The translations under genes and the position numbers were made by a program. A stretch of DNA of 64,000 bases from assembly GCA_031409275.1 (NCBI GenBank), contig JANNXA010000055.1:144163-208162 (forward strand). Reading direction: 5' to 3'. Positions 18,763 to 27,317 of the stretch are shown one piece after another. Source of the stretch: Planctomycetota bacterium (lineage in GTDB: Bacteria; Planctomycetota; B15-G4; SIAN01). Under the pieces are notes generated by a model. The model made no database searches and was not told where the DNA came from. It saw nothing but the letters and a program-made list of their open reading frames with translations. How positions within the stretch are numbered: position 1 is the stretch's first letter; each line of letters opens with the position of its first letter.

Positions 18763-20082
18763 ATGAAGTCGCTGCTGCTGCTCGTCGTTTCTCTTTGCTG
18801 GTACTCCGCACCGTCGGCCGGTGAGGACGAGGCGGCACGCACTCGCCTGAAAGTCGCGTCGGAAGAGAAGGACACCGCGCTGCTGGCCCTCGAAGGGGCG
18901 TACCTGCGCGTCGAGAACGCCTTCACGGCGTGGCGCGCAGCGGAGGGGCAGCGCGAGCCGTCGCTGGCGAGCGCCATCGCCACGAAGTACGGCGAGCGGC
19001 TCGCGGCTTGGGAGGCGCAGCGTGCCCAAGCGCCGAAGGACGCGCGCGAGGCGAAGGCGTCGCGGCGCGCCGAGATCGACGACCTCGCGGCGGCGCTGCG
19101 CGAATTGCTGCAGTCGCGGGGGCTCGCCGAAACGACGCTCGCGGCCCCCCTCGCGGACCGCGCAGCGCGCGAGCTTGCTGGCAAGCCGGCGCTCGACGCC
19201 GCGGTCCGACTGCAGCCGGTGATGCAGCAGTGGCTCGGCGCATCGCAGCGTTTCGAGCTCCTGTGGAACGACGCGCTGTGCAGCCAATCGCCAGAGGCGC
19301 TCGATTGGCGCGCGAAGTACGACGAGTACATCGCCGCTGGCGTCGAACTCGATCGCGCGGAGCATCCCGAGTCCTACTTGCCCGGCGGCGCGAAGACGCG
19401 GACGGGCATGGTCTACATCGCGGGTGGCAACTACGCGGTCGGCCCCAACACCGGCATCGAGCGCAAGAAGAAGCGGATCACCGTGCGCCCCTTCATGCTC
19501 GATCGCTGCGAAGTCTCGAATGCCGACTACGTGACCTTCGTCGAATCGCTCCCCGCCGAGCAGCGGGCGGCGCGGACGCCCCGCCATTGGGTGGCGGGAG
19601 CGGACGGCAAGGCGGCTCCGGCACCGGAACTGCTCGACCATCCAGTGACCTTCGTCACGTGGCGGGACGCCGACGCGTACGCGCGCTCCGTCGGCAAGCG
19701 CCTCCCCACCGAAGATGAATGGGAGGTCGCGTGCCGCGGCAAGGAGGCGCTGCTCTATCCGTGGGGCCCGGCGTGGGTCGAGGGGTGCAGCAACGATGCC
19801 CTGGCGAACGTCGGGACCACCGTTGGCGTCACCCGCTACGAAGCGGGCGCGTCGCCGTTCAAGGCGCTGCAGATGGTCGGCAACGTCGAAGAGTGGACCG
19901 CATCAAGCGAGGATGGCGACACCTTGGTCGACCTGCCCTCGAACATCGTCGCAGTCGTGGTTCGCGGCGGCCATTTCCGCAGCCCGACCGAGTATGCGAG
20001 CGGTCTCTTCCGCTGGGTCGCACCCGGCGGTTCGACCCGCGAGCCGCACCTCGGCTTTCGCTGCGCGGCAGACCTCAAGTGA
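18763..20082 (+). CDS. Secreted formylglycine-generating enzyme (FGE-sulfatase / SUMF1) domain protein
   Basis: The signal peptide MKSLLLLVVSLCWYSAPSAG is preceded by an AAGGAG Shine-Dalgarno (SD) sequence. The FGE motifs are MVYIAGGNYAVG, RLPTEDEWEVACRG, GNVEEWT, GGHFRSP and GFRC. Confidence 0.8.
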   Translation: MKSLLLLVVSLCWYSAPSAGEDEAARTRLKVASEEKDTALLALEGAYLRVENAFTAWRAAEGQREPSLASAIATKYGERLAAWEAQRAQAPKDAREAKASRRAEIDDLAAALRELLQSRGLAETTLAAPLADRAARELAGKPALDAAVRLQPVMQQWLGASQRFELLWNDALCSQSPEALDWRAKYDEYIAAGVELDRAEHPESYLPGGAKTRTGMVYIAGGNYAVGPNTGIERKKKRITVRPFMLDRCEVSNADYVTFVESLPAEQRAARTPRHWVAGADGKAAPAPELLDHPVTFVTWRDADAYARSVGKRLPTEDEWEVACRGKEALLYPWGPAWVEGCSNDALANVGTTVGVTRYEAGASPFKALQMVGNVEEWTASSEDGDTLVDLPSNIVAVVVRGGHFRSPTEYASGLFRWVAPGGSTREPHLGFRCAADLK

Positions 20083-20247
20083 GCGACGCGCTCGATCGCC
20101 GTTTGCGCCCCACGGCGGGCGTCGCTCGTTTGATCGGCGAGGCGCTGTTCGACCTGCTGCTCCTGGTGCCGAGAGTGCTGCTGGCGATGCTGTTCTGCAC
20201 GAGCCGCCAACGCTCGATTGCTGACCTCGTGCGCGCGAAAGGACCTC

Positions 20248-21411
20248 ATGCCCCGTAAGACGCGCATCCTCCACGACAACGACGAGTACCTCTTCGTCGA
20301 AGCCCCCGGTGACCCGCTCGGCCCGGCGCTGCAGGTCTTCGCGCGCACCGACAATGAACGCGCCGTTCCTGCCGGCCGCGCCCCCACGCACCAGACCGAG
20401 CACGGCCTGTGGATCCAGATCGCTCGCTTCGACGGCCTGGAACTCGGGATCGCCCCGGATAGCCCGGACGGGCTCGGCGAGCGCGTCAAGACGATGCTGC
20501 CGCGCTACGTCGAAGTGCGCGCCACGCGAATGGCGCAGGCCAAGCACCCGATGTGGTGGATCGTCAGCGAAGGACACGCGCTGCACGGGCTCCATCCCGC
20601 GCAGCCGGCCGGCGCACTGTTCAAGCTTTGGAGCGATGAAGCGCGCGCGCGCGCCGTGGTGGCGGAGCTCGGTGTCGAGGGCGCCGTGCAGACCACCGGA
20701 CACCTGCGCGAGTTCCTCGAACTGCGCGCCGAGGAGGGTTACGCGGGCGCGCTCCTCGATGACGAGGAGCTGATCTTCTTCTGCCTCGACGAGCAGGCGA
20801 AGCTGCAGTTCCTGCGCCTCGCGCCACGCGCCGGCGATGACGAGGAGGCGGCCGGTGTGGCGACCCATCTCCTCGGCGAAAACGGCCGTTTCGCGCTCTA
20901 CGAGGGCGACGAGAAGCTCGAACCGCTGTCCGACCCGGATGGCTGGGATCGCCTGCTGGCTCGCCTCTACGGCGAGCTGCCGTTCTACGGCTACGTGCCG
21001 GGCTGGCGCTGCTTCGCCCTGCGACTCGACGGCGCGTGGGTGACCCGCCTCGATGCGGAGAGCGAGTTCAAGCAACCGCTCGTCGCGCTGTTCCACGATC
21101 CGGCGACCGCGGACGACTACCGCTCGCGTCACGGGCTCGCGCGCGCCACGTTGGAGCGGGTGACGGACATCGTCGCGCTGGTCCGCCACGCGCAGGAACA
21201 GGGACAGCTCGTTTCACTGCAACCGGAAGACCATCGGGTGCGCGGTGGACCGCTCTGGCTCGACCGCGACGGCAAGCTGCTGCTGCTCGGCTACTGCGGA
21301 ATCTGGTCGTCGCGCGATGGAGTCGCCTTCGAGCGCGTCGCCGAAGAGGAGCTTCCCACCACGAGCCCCGACGACGCCGAAGTCGACGATCAGTCGTCCG
21401 GCATCACGTAG
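20248..21411 (+). CDS. Hypothetical protein (387 aa)
   Basis: It is a long ORF with acidic, balanced composition and starts MPRKTRILHDNDEYLFVEAPGD. I recognised no domain. Confidence 0.55.
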   Translation: MPRKTRILHDNDEYLFVEAPGDPLGPALQVFARTDNERAVPAGRAPTHQTEHGLWIQIARFDGLELGIAPDSPDGLGERVKTMLPRYVEVRATRMAQAKHPMWWIVSEGHALHGLHPAQPAGALFKLWSDEARARAVVAELGVEGAVQTTGHLREFLELRAEEGYAGALLDDEELIFFCLDEQAKLQFLRLAPRAGDDEEAAGVATHLLGENGRFALYEGDEKLEPLSDPDGWDRLLARLYGELPFYGYVPGWRCFALRLDGAWVTRLDAESEFKQPLVALFHDPATADDYRSRHGLARATLERVTDIVALVRHAQEQGQLVSLQPEDHRVRGGPLWLDRDGKLLLLGYCGIWSSRDGVAFERVAEEELPTTSPDDAEVDDQSSGIT

Positions 21412-22148
21412 GAGCGGACCGCGCCATCGTCCGATCGCGATCCCGCGAGGAAAGTGCCGAGCACGTTGCAGCCAGCGTTGCGCAGCAGCTCGAGCGCGCG
21501 GGTCGATTGGTCGCGCGGAGTCTTCTCCAGGCGCACCACATAGAGCAATCCATCCACGCGCGCGCCCAACGTGGCGGCGTCAGCGAACGGGAGCGCCGGC
21601 GGCGTGTCGAACAGGATCCACTGGTAGTCGGCCTTGAGCGCGCCGATCAGGTCGCTCATGCGCGAGCTGCCGAGGAGTTCCGAGGAATTTCGCACGGCGC
21701 GACCGGCCGGCAGGACCGAAAGCCCCGGGATCGAGGTCGTCGAGATCACCTTCTCGAGCGGCACGAAGTCGAGCATCAGGTCGGCGAGACCCGGCTCGCG
21801 CGGGATCCCGAACAGCTGCGCCTGAGCCGGCGACCGCAGGTCCGCGTCGATCACCAGCACGCGCGCGTCGGGCAATTCGCACAGCGCGGCGGCAAGGTTG
21901 GCCAACGTGATCGACTTGCCTTCACCCTTGATCGCCGAGGTGACGGCGAGCGCGCGCGGCTGGCCGCCCGTGTTGAGCGCGACGAGGTTGGTGCGAAACG
22001 ACCGATACTGCTCGGCAACGCCGCTCTGCGGCTCGTGGCAGACGACGACGCGCGGATCGATGGTGCGATCCACCAGGATCAGCAGCTCGTCGGACGGCCC
22101 GCCGATCGAGTTGCTGCGTTTCGAAGCGGGGGTTGCTGGATCGGCCAT
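21390..22148 (-). CDS. Stand-alone BY-kinase-type (CapB/Wzc C-terminal-like) P-loop ATPase
   Basis: Walker A is SAIKGEGKS, Walker A' is VLVIDADLRSP, and Walker B is ILFDTPP. It has no TM activator domain and no C-terminal tyrosine cluster. Confidence 0.7.
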   Translation of the reverse strand: MADPATPASKRSNSIGGPSDELLILVDRTIDPRVVVCHEPQSGVAEQYRSFRTNLVALNTGGQPRALAVTSAIKGEGKSITLANLAAALCELPDARVLVIDADLRSPAQAQLFGIPREPGLADLMLDFVPLEKVISTTSIPGLSVLPAGRAVRNSSELLGSSRMSDLIGALKADYQWILFDTPPALPFADAATLGARVDGLLYVVRLEKTPRDQSTRALELLRNAGCNVLGTFLAGSRSDDGAVRSYVMPDD

Positions 22149-22359
22149 GGGAGATCTTTCGGTTCGCGAGCGGGGCCGGCGTGAATCGAAGCGGGAAACA
22201 TAGCGCGGGCGGCGTCGAAGCCTGCCGCCGCACCGTTACACTTCCCGTCTCGCATCAGAGGACCGGGCGGCGGCTCAAGACGCCGGGGCCTTCCCTCCGA
22301 TCGACGACTCGGAATGGCGGCACGCCACCGACGCCCGGCCCAAGAGGAGCACTGCTGCT

Positions 22360-23220
22360 TTGCCGCAACCGCTGAGTCGACGCCTCGCCGGGCTGTTCCG
22401 CAGCAAGGCCGACCTCACGAGCGTGAAGGCGCTCGAGAAGGCCGGCGTGCGCAGCGTGAACGTGCTCGACCTGCGCCGTCTCGAGCAGATCGTCGGTGAC
22501 GCGATGGAGAGCGCGCTGCACGAGGCGCTGGTCGCGGGCGGCTCCGCGGAGCACGCAGCGACCGGAGCGCAGCTCGAATTCCTGCGCCGCCTCGGCCTCG
22601 AAGGACGTCTCGCCGAGCGCACCGGAGAACTTGACGCCGAACGCGCCGAGCTCGCCGGCAGCCTCGAGAAACTGAACACCGTCCTTGACCAGAGCAAGGC
22701 GGAACTCGCGCAGCACAAGGCGGAACAGCGCCGCGGCGCGCTCGACGATCTGCGCGCGCGGCTCGACTTGTTGCTGGATGAAACGTTCGCGCGCTTCGTG
22801 GCGCTGCAGGAGGAGGGGCTCGCGCTGACGTCGAGTCGACCGCCGCTGCGCGCCGCGCTCCTCGCACTCCTCGAAGGCGCGCTCCTCGCGGGCGGTGGCA
22901 CCGTCGCTGCCGTAGAGGACAGTGCACACGTCGATCGGCTCGAACGGCGCGTGAAGAAGCTGCACGTGCAGCTCCTCGAAACGCAGGAGCTGCTGGCGCG
23001 CACGCGCGAAGAGCAGGAGGCGCAAGTGGCGGCCACGGCGCGCGCGGCGCGCGACGGCCGCACCGGAGTCGCGGCCATCACCGCTCCATCGAGTGACCAC
23101 TCCGACCGCAAAGCGCTGATGCGCGAGATTTTCGCTCACAACCTCGAACTGCGTCGCACGCTCGGTGACCCCGACGCCGCGACGCGCCCCGTCCAACGCA
23201 CCGATCCGGAGACACGATGA
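22360..23220 (+). CDS. Coiled-coil protein whose stop overlaps the MamK-like gene start
   Basis: It shows long heptad-like Glu/Leu/Ala/Arg stretches (ELAGSLEKLNTVLDQSKAELAQHKAEQRRGALDDLRARLDLLLDE). Its stop overlaps the downstream ATG (ATGA). Confidence 0.6.
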   Translation: MPQPLSRRLAGLFRSKADLTSVKALEKAGVRSVNVLDLRRLEQIVGDAMESALHEALVAGGSAEHAATGAQLEFLRRLGLEGRLAERTGELDAERAELAGSLEKLNTVLDQSKAELAQHKAEQRRGALDDLRARLDLLLDETFARFVALQEEGLALTSSRPPLRAALLALLEGALLAGGGTVAAVEDSAHVDRLERRVKKLHVQLLETQELLARTREEQEAQVAATARAARDGRTGVAAITAPSSDHSDRKALMREIFAHNLELRRTLGDPDAATRPVQRTDPETR

Positions 23221-24296
23221 ATGCTTCCACCGGAACCCCGTCCCGTTCGCGCCCTGCCACGCCGAAGGGAACCCTCTACCTCGGCATGGATCTCGGGACC
23301 TCTCGCACCTCCATCGCCACCAGCACTGGCGTGCGGGAGACGGTGGCAAGCTACGTCGGCTACCCCAAGGACGTGGTGTCGCGAAAGGCATTGAAGAAGG
23401 ACGTGCTCTTCGGCGACGACGCGCTGGCCAATCGCCTCGCGCTCAACCTCTATCGCCCGCTGGCCGGCGGCGTGATCCAGCACAGCGACGGCGCGGCCGA
23501 TAGCGCCGAGGCGAAGGCCTACCTCAAGGCGGCTCAGGACCTGATCCGCCACGCGGTCGGGTTGGCGCGACCGGAATCCGACGAACTCGTCTACGCCGTG
23601 ATCGGCTGCCCGGCGCAGTGCTCGTTGCGCAACAAGGCGGCGATCCTCGAGGCGGCGCGACCCGTCGTCGACTCGGTGATGATCGTCTCGGAGCCCTTCA
23701 GCGTCGCCTACGGCATCGACCAGCTCACCGACTGCCTCGTCATCGACATCGGCGCCGGCACCACCGACCTCTGCCGCATGCGCGGCGCGATGCCGACCGC
23801 AGAGGACCAGCTCACCAACGTCTTCGCCGGCGACCACGTCGACAAGAAGCTCGAGGAGCTCCTGAAGAAGAAGTGCGTCGGCGCGGCCTTCACGATCCAC
23901 GCGATCAAGGACCTGAAGGAGCGCTTCTCCACGGTCAGCGACATCCACGAGCCGGTCTACTTCGAGGTGCCGGTGAGCGGCAAGCCGACCCGCTTCGAGG
24001 TCGGTGCCGAGCTGCGCGAAGCGTGCCGCTCGATCGTTCCGCCGATGGTCGACGCCATCCACCAGCTCATCGCCAGCTACGATCCCGACTTCCAGAGCCG
24101 CCTGAAGAACCACGTGCTGCTCGGCGGTGGCGGCAGTCAGATGGGTGGCTTGCGGGAGATCCTCGAATCGGAGATGAAGTCGCGCCTCGGCGAGGGGCGC
24201 GTGACACGCGTCGAAGAGCCGACCTACGGCGGCGCCAATGGCGCCCTCAAGATCGCGCATGACATGCCGGCGGAGTTCTGGGAGAAACTCTCCTGA
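23217..24296 (+). CDS. MamK-family actin-like ATPase
   Basis: Actin-fold motifs are phosphate-1 LYLGMDLGTSRTSIA, phosphate-2 LVIDIGAGTTDLC, and adenosine VLLGGGGSQMGGL. YPKDVVSRKAL, VLFGDDALANRLAL, SEPFSVAYG and GALKIAHDMPAEFWEKL all resemble MamK. Confidence 0.75.
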   Translation: MNASTGTPSRSRPATPKGTLYLGMDLGTSRTSIATSTGVRETVASYVGYPKDVVSRKALKKDVLFGDDALANRLALNLYRPLAGGVIQHSDGAADSAEAKAYLKAAQDLIRHAVGLARPESDELVYAVIGCPAQCSLRNKAAILEAARPVVDSVMIVSEPFSVAYGIDQLTDCLVIDIGAGTTDLCRMRGAMPTAEDQLTNVFAGDHVDKKLEELLKKKCVGAAFTIHAIKDLKERFSTVSDIHEPVYFEVPVSGKPTRFEVGAELREACRSIVPPMVDAIHQLIASYDPDFQSRLKNHVLLGGGGSQMGGLREILESEMKSRLGEGRVTRVEEPTYGGANGALKIAHDMPAEFWEKLS

Positions 24297-24439
24297 GCTG
24301 CAGCCGACCCGGCCACCACTGATCGCGAGGACATGTCGCCATTCCGCCGCTGCTGAAGGCCCTGCGCCCCCATCAATGGACGAAGAACCTCGCGGTCTTC
24401 GTCGGCATCCTCTTCGCCCGGAAGCTCGGCGATCCGGCG

Positions 24440-25246
24440 GTGCTGCTTCCCGTGGCGCTGCTGTTCTGCGCCTTCTGTCTCGCGGCGAGCTGCATCTACC
24501 TGATCAACGACATCGCCGACCGCGAGGAAGACGCCAAGCACCCGGTCAAGCGCATGCGGCCGATCGCGTCGGGCGCGCTGTCCGTCGGAAGTGCGCGCGT
24601 CGCCGCGGTGGTGGTTGCCGGGCTCGCGCTGGCGCTGGTGTGGTTCCTGCCGACGGACGTCCGACTCACGCCGTGGAAGCTGCGCCCCGGCCCATTGGTG
24701 CTGTCGGCCTACCTCGGATTGAACCTCGCCTACACGTCGCTGCTGAAGCGCGTCGCCATCGCCGACGTCACCTGCGTTGCGCTCGGCTTCCTGATCCGCG
24801 TCGTCAGCGGGCCGAAGGTGGCGGGCCTCGAAGTCTCGTCGTGGCTGATCCTGTGCACCTTCTTCGGTGCGCTCTTCCTCGCGCTGGCGAAGCGCCGCGG
24901 CGAACTGCTCGTCACGCAGACCAGCGGCGGCGGTCGCTCGGTGCTGGAGCAATACTCGGCGCAGGCGCTCGACACGCTGGTGGCGATGTCCGGGACGGCG
25001 ACCGTGATCTGCTACTCGATCTACACCGTCTCGGCCGAGACGATCGCGAAGTTCCACACCAGCGACCTGCTCTACACCATCCCGTTCGTCTTCTACGGGC
25101 TTGGTCGCTACCTGCTGCTGCTCTACCGCCGCCAACGGGGCGAAGACCCGGCGGCGGTGCTCTTCACGGATCGCGGCATGTTGGTCGCGATCGTCGGCTG
25201 GCTCGCCACGTCGGCCGTCGTCTTGAGCCTGCCGCACACGCCCTGA
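24440..25246 (+). CDS. UbiA-family prenyltransferase (decaprenyl-phosphate phosphoribosyltransferase-like)
   Basis: NDIADREEDAKHPVKRMRPIASG is the UbiA/DPPR-synthase motif. Homology continues in frame upstream to 24323 (IPPLLKALRPHQWTKNLAVFVGILFA), so the true N-terminus is longer than this GTG start (see finding). Confidence 0.75.
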   Translation: MLLPVALLFCAFCLAASCIYLINDIADREEDAKHPVKRMRPIASGALSVGSARVAAVVVAGLALALVWFLPTDVRLTPWKLRPGPLVLSAYLGLNLAYTSLLKRVAIADVTCVALGFLIRVVSGPKVAGLEVSSWLILCTFFGALFLALAKRRGELLVTQTSGGGRSVLEQYSAQALDTLVAMSGTATVICYSIYTVSAETIAKFHTSDLLYTIPFVFYGLGRYLLLLYRRQRGEDPAAVLFTDRGMLVAIVGWLATSAVVLSLPHTP

Positions 25247-25313
25247 GCGACCGCCGCTTCGCGTCGGCCTCCTTCGCGACGGCCTCCTTCGCGACGGCCT
25301 CCGTCGTGACGGT

Positions 25314-25997
25314 TCAGCGAGAGGGTCGTCGCGGCGGCTCACGGACCGCCGGCGCCAACCGCAGCGCCTTCACCAGCTGAAGGATCAGCACGTCGGCGAC
25401 GCGATCGATCGGCGGCACACCCCCGAGCAGTTCGGCCATCGACGTCATCACGCCCGGCGCAAAGCCGCACGGCGAGATCAGCGCAAAGTCACCAAGATCG
25501 GGAGCCACATTGAGCGCGATGCCGTGCCAGGTGACATGGCGGCGTACGGCGACGCCGATCGACGCGACTTTCCGCTCGCCGACCCACGCACCGGTCGCCC
25601 CGTCGCGACGCTCGCCGGCTAGTCCGAAGGCGGCGAGAGTCGCGAGCAGTGCCGCCTCGAGCGCGCGCAGGTAGTCGCGCACGCCGAGTTCGAGGTCCGC
25701 GAGCGAGACGATCGGGTAGGCGACGAGCTGCCCGGGGCCGTGCCAGGTCGCCTGGCCGCCGCGCTCGATCGCGACCACTGGAATCGGCAGCGTCGGCGGC
25801 ATCGGCGGGCTCGCGCGCCCGAGCGTCACCACTCGCTCATGTTCGCCGACGAGGAGCGTGTCGCAGCCGCCAGCGATCCGCTCGGCCAGGAGCTCCTGCT
25901 GCAAGGCGTGGACGTCGCGGTACGAGCCGACGCTCTCCGGAGAGAAAGGGAGCACCCGCGTGCGCGCGAACCACGGCTCGACCGTCGGCACCGCCAC
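25314..25997 (-). CDS. lipB: Octanoyltransferase (lipoyl(octanoyl) transferase)
   Basis: LLVGEHERVVTLGRAS, RGGQATWHGPGQLVAYPI and KVASIGV match LipB motifs. Confidence 0.85.
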   Translation of the reverse strand: MAVPTVEPWFARTRVLPFSPESVGSYRDVHALQQELLAERIAGGCDTLLVGEHERVVTLGRASPPMPPTLPIPVVAIERGGQATWHGPGQLVAYPIVSLADLELGVRDYLRALEAALLATLAAFGLAGERRDGATGAWVGERKVASIGVAVRRHVTWHGIALNVAPDLGDFALISPCGFAPGVMTSMAELLGGVPPIDRVADVLILQLVKALRLAPAVREPPRRPSR

Positions 25998-26006
25998 CGG
26001 AGCGCC

Positions 26007-26777
26007 TCAGACCTCGGCGACGAGGAGCGGCGCGAAGTCGATCCAATCGCACGAGGCGAGGACGTAATCGGTCGTGCCGCGCCGACCAAACAACGGCACG
26101 CCGCGATCGCGCTTCAGCGCATGGAGATGGCCGAAGACGACGTGGCGTGCGCCCGACGCTTCGAGGAGCGCGGTGGCGCGCGTCGGCGCGAGCGCCCCGT
26201 CGCACGGCGGATAGTGGGTGATCGCGACGCGAAGGCCGGCGTCACGCGTCGCTGCGAGCTCCTGCATCGCTCGTTCGAGACGGCCCAGTTCGCGCTCGAA
26301 AAGGCGCGCACTCTCCGCTGCGTCGGCGCTGTCGGGCTCCGCACTGACCATGCCGCCCGGGCCGGGCCGCCAGTCGATCCAGTCGCGAAACGACACGCCG
26401 GGCTGATCCCACAAGCGCGAACCGGCGATGGCGAGCGGCCCGATGCGCACCACATCGCCCTGCACCGCATGCATCCGCGGAGGCAGCGCCGCTCGCACCT
26501 TGCTGATGGTCGACCACCAGAAATCGTGGTTGCCCTTCAGCAGCACCTTGTGGCCCGGCAGCGCTCCGAGGAACTCGAGATCGGGGCGCGCCTGGTCCAG
26601 GTTCATCGCCCAGGAGATGTCACCGGGCACCAGCACGACATCGTCAGCGCCGACGCGTTCGCGCCAAGCGGCGGCGATCTTGTCGGCGTGGTCGACCCAC
26701 TGCGGACCGAAGCGGTCCATCTTCTTGTTCGGAGTTCCGAACGAGAGATGGGGATCCGAGAGCGCGAAGAGCTTCAT
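26007..26777 (-). CDS. Calcineurin-like metallophosphoesterase
   Basis: The motifs DPHL, GDISW and GNHDF are present. Confidence 0.75.
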   Translation of the reverse strand: MKLFALSDPHLSFGTPNKKMDRFGPQWVDHADKIAAAWRERVGADDVVLVPGDISWAMNLDQARPDLEFLGALPGHKVLLKGNHDFWWSTISKVRAALPPRMHAVQGDVVRIGPLAIAGSRLWDQPGVSFRDWIDWRPGPGGMVSAEPDSADAAESARLFERELGRLERAMQELAATRDAGLRVAITHYPPCDGALAPTRATALLEASGARHVVFGHLHALKRDRGVPLFGRRGTTDYVLASCDWIDFAPLLVAEV

Positions 26778-26799
26778 CGCGCGCAGGCGAGCGCCACGC

Positions 26800-27147
26800 T
26801 CACTCCTCGATCAGGTGCTGGTAGACCTTGTGCTCCATCCAGCCTTGGCGCGGACGCGGGAAGGTCTGCACTTCGGCGTCGCCGAAGACGAAGGTCTGGC
26901 ACGCGAGGCGGACGGTCGGATCGGTCTGGGGCAGCTTCGCGATCTCCGCTCCCGTCTTCGGCGAGCAGAGCTCCTGCGGCTTCACGCGCACCTTGCACGT
27001 GCCGCAGAGCCCGCGGCCGCGGCAGTTCAACAACTGGTGCAGGCCAGCGTAGATCTGGATTCCCTGCTCGGCCGCGATCGTCCGCAGGTCGCGGCCCTCG
27101 GGGGCCTCGATCTCCTTGAACTCGCGGGAGAAGTAGAACTTGGGCAT
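26800..27147 (-). CDS. 2Fe-2S ferredoxin-like protein
   Basis: The motif CRGRGLCGTCKV...LACQ is a plant-type cysteine pattern. The track ORF extends to 27276; the start is set at MPKFYF. Confidence 0.65.
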   Translation of the reverse strand: MPKFYFSREFKEIEAPEGRDLRTIAAEQGIQIYAGLHQLLNCRGRGLCGTCKVRVKPQELCSPKTGAEIAKLPQTDPTVRLACQTFVFGDAEVQTFPRPRQGWMEHKVYQHLIEE

Positions 27148-27317
27148 CGCGCGATCCTCGCCGGTCGAAGCGGAAGGGCGGCCATTCAACGGCGCATGCA
27201 CGGCGAGTTCAAGAGAGGCAACGCAGTCGGACCCGAGCGCGACTTCCGCGAACCGACGCGCGGAGGCTCCGTTCACCTCGGCTCCCCGGGGGAACCCGGG
27301 GATTCTCAGACACTTCA

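Noticed and set aside
16604-18838. A longer RecG with a 54-aa N-terminal extension starting at 18838.
   Set aside because: It would overlap the divergent FGE-like gene's promoter, SD and start (18763). RecG homology (wedge domain) begins right after the GTG at 18676.
20082-20248. Possible small RNA or attenuator in the 166-nt gap after the FGE-like gene (a 9-bp inverted repeat GAGCGACGC...GCGTCGCTC).
   Set aside because: The arms are separated by about 29 nt and have no U-tract, and there is no conserved riboswitch-like sequence. It is most likely a weak terminator-like structure or just the 5'-UTR of the downstream gene.
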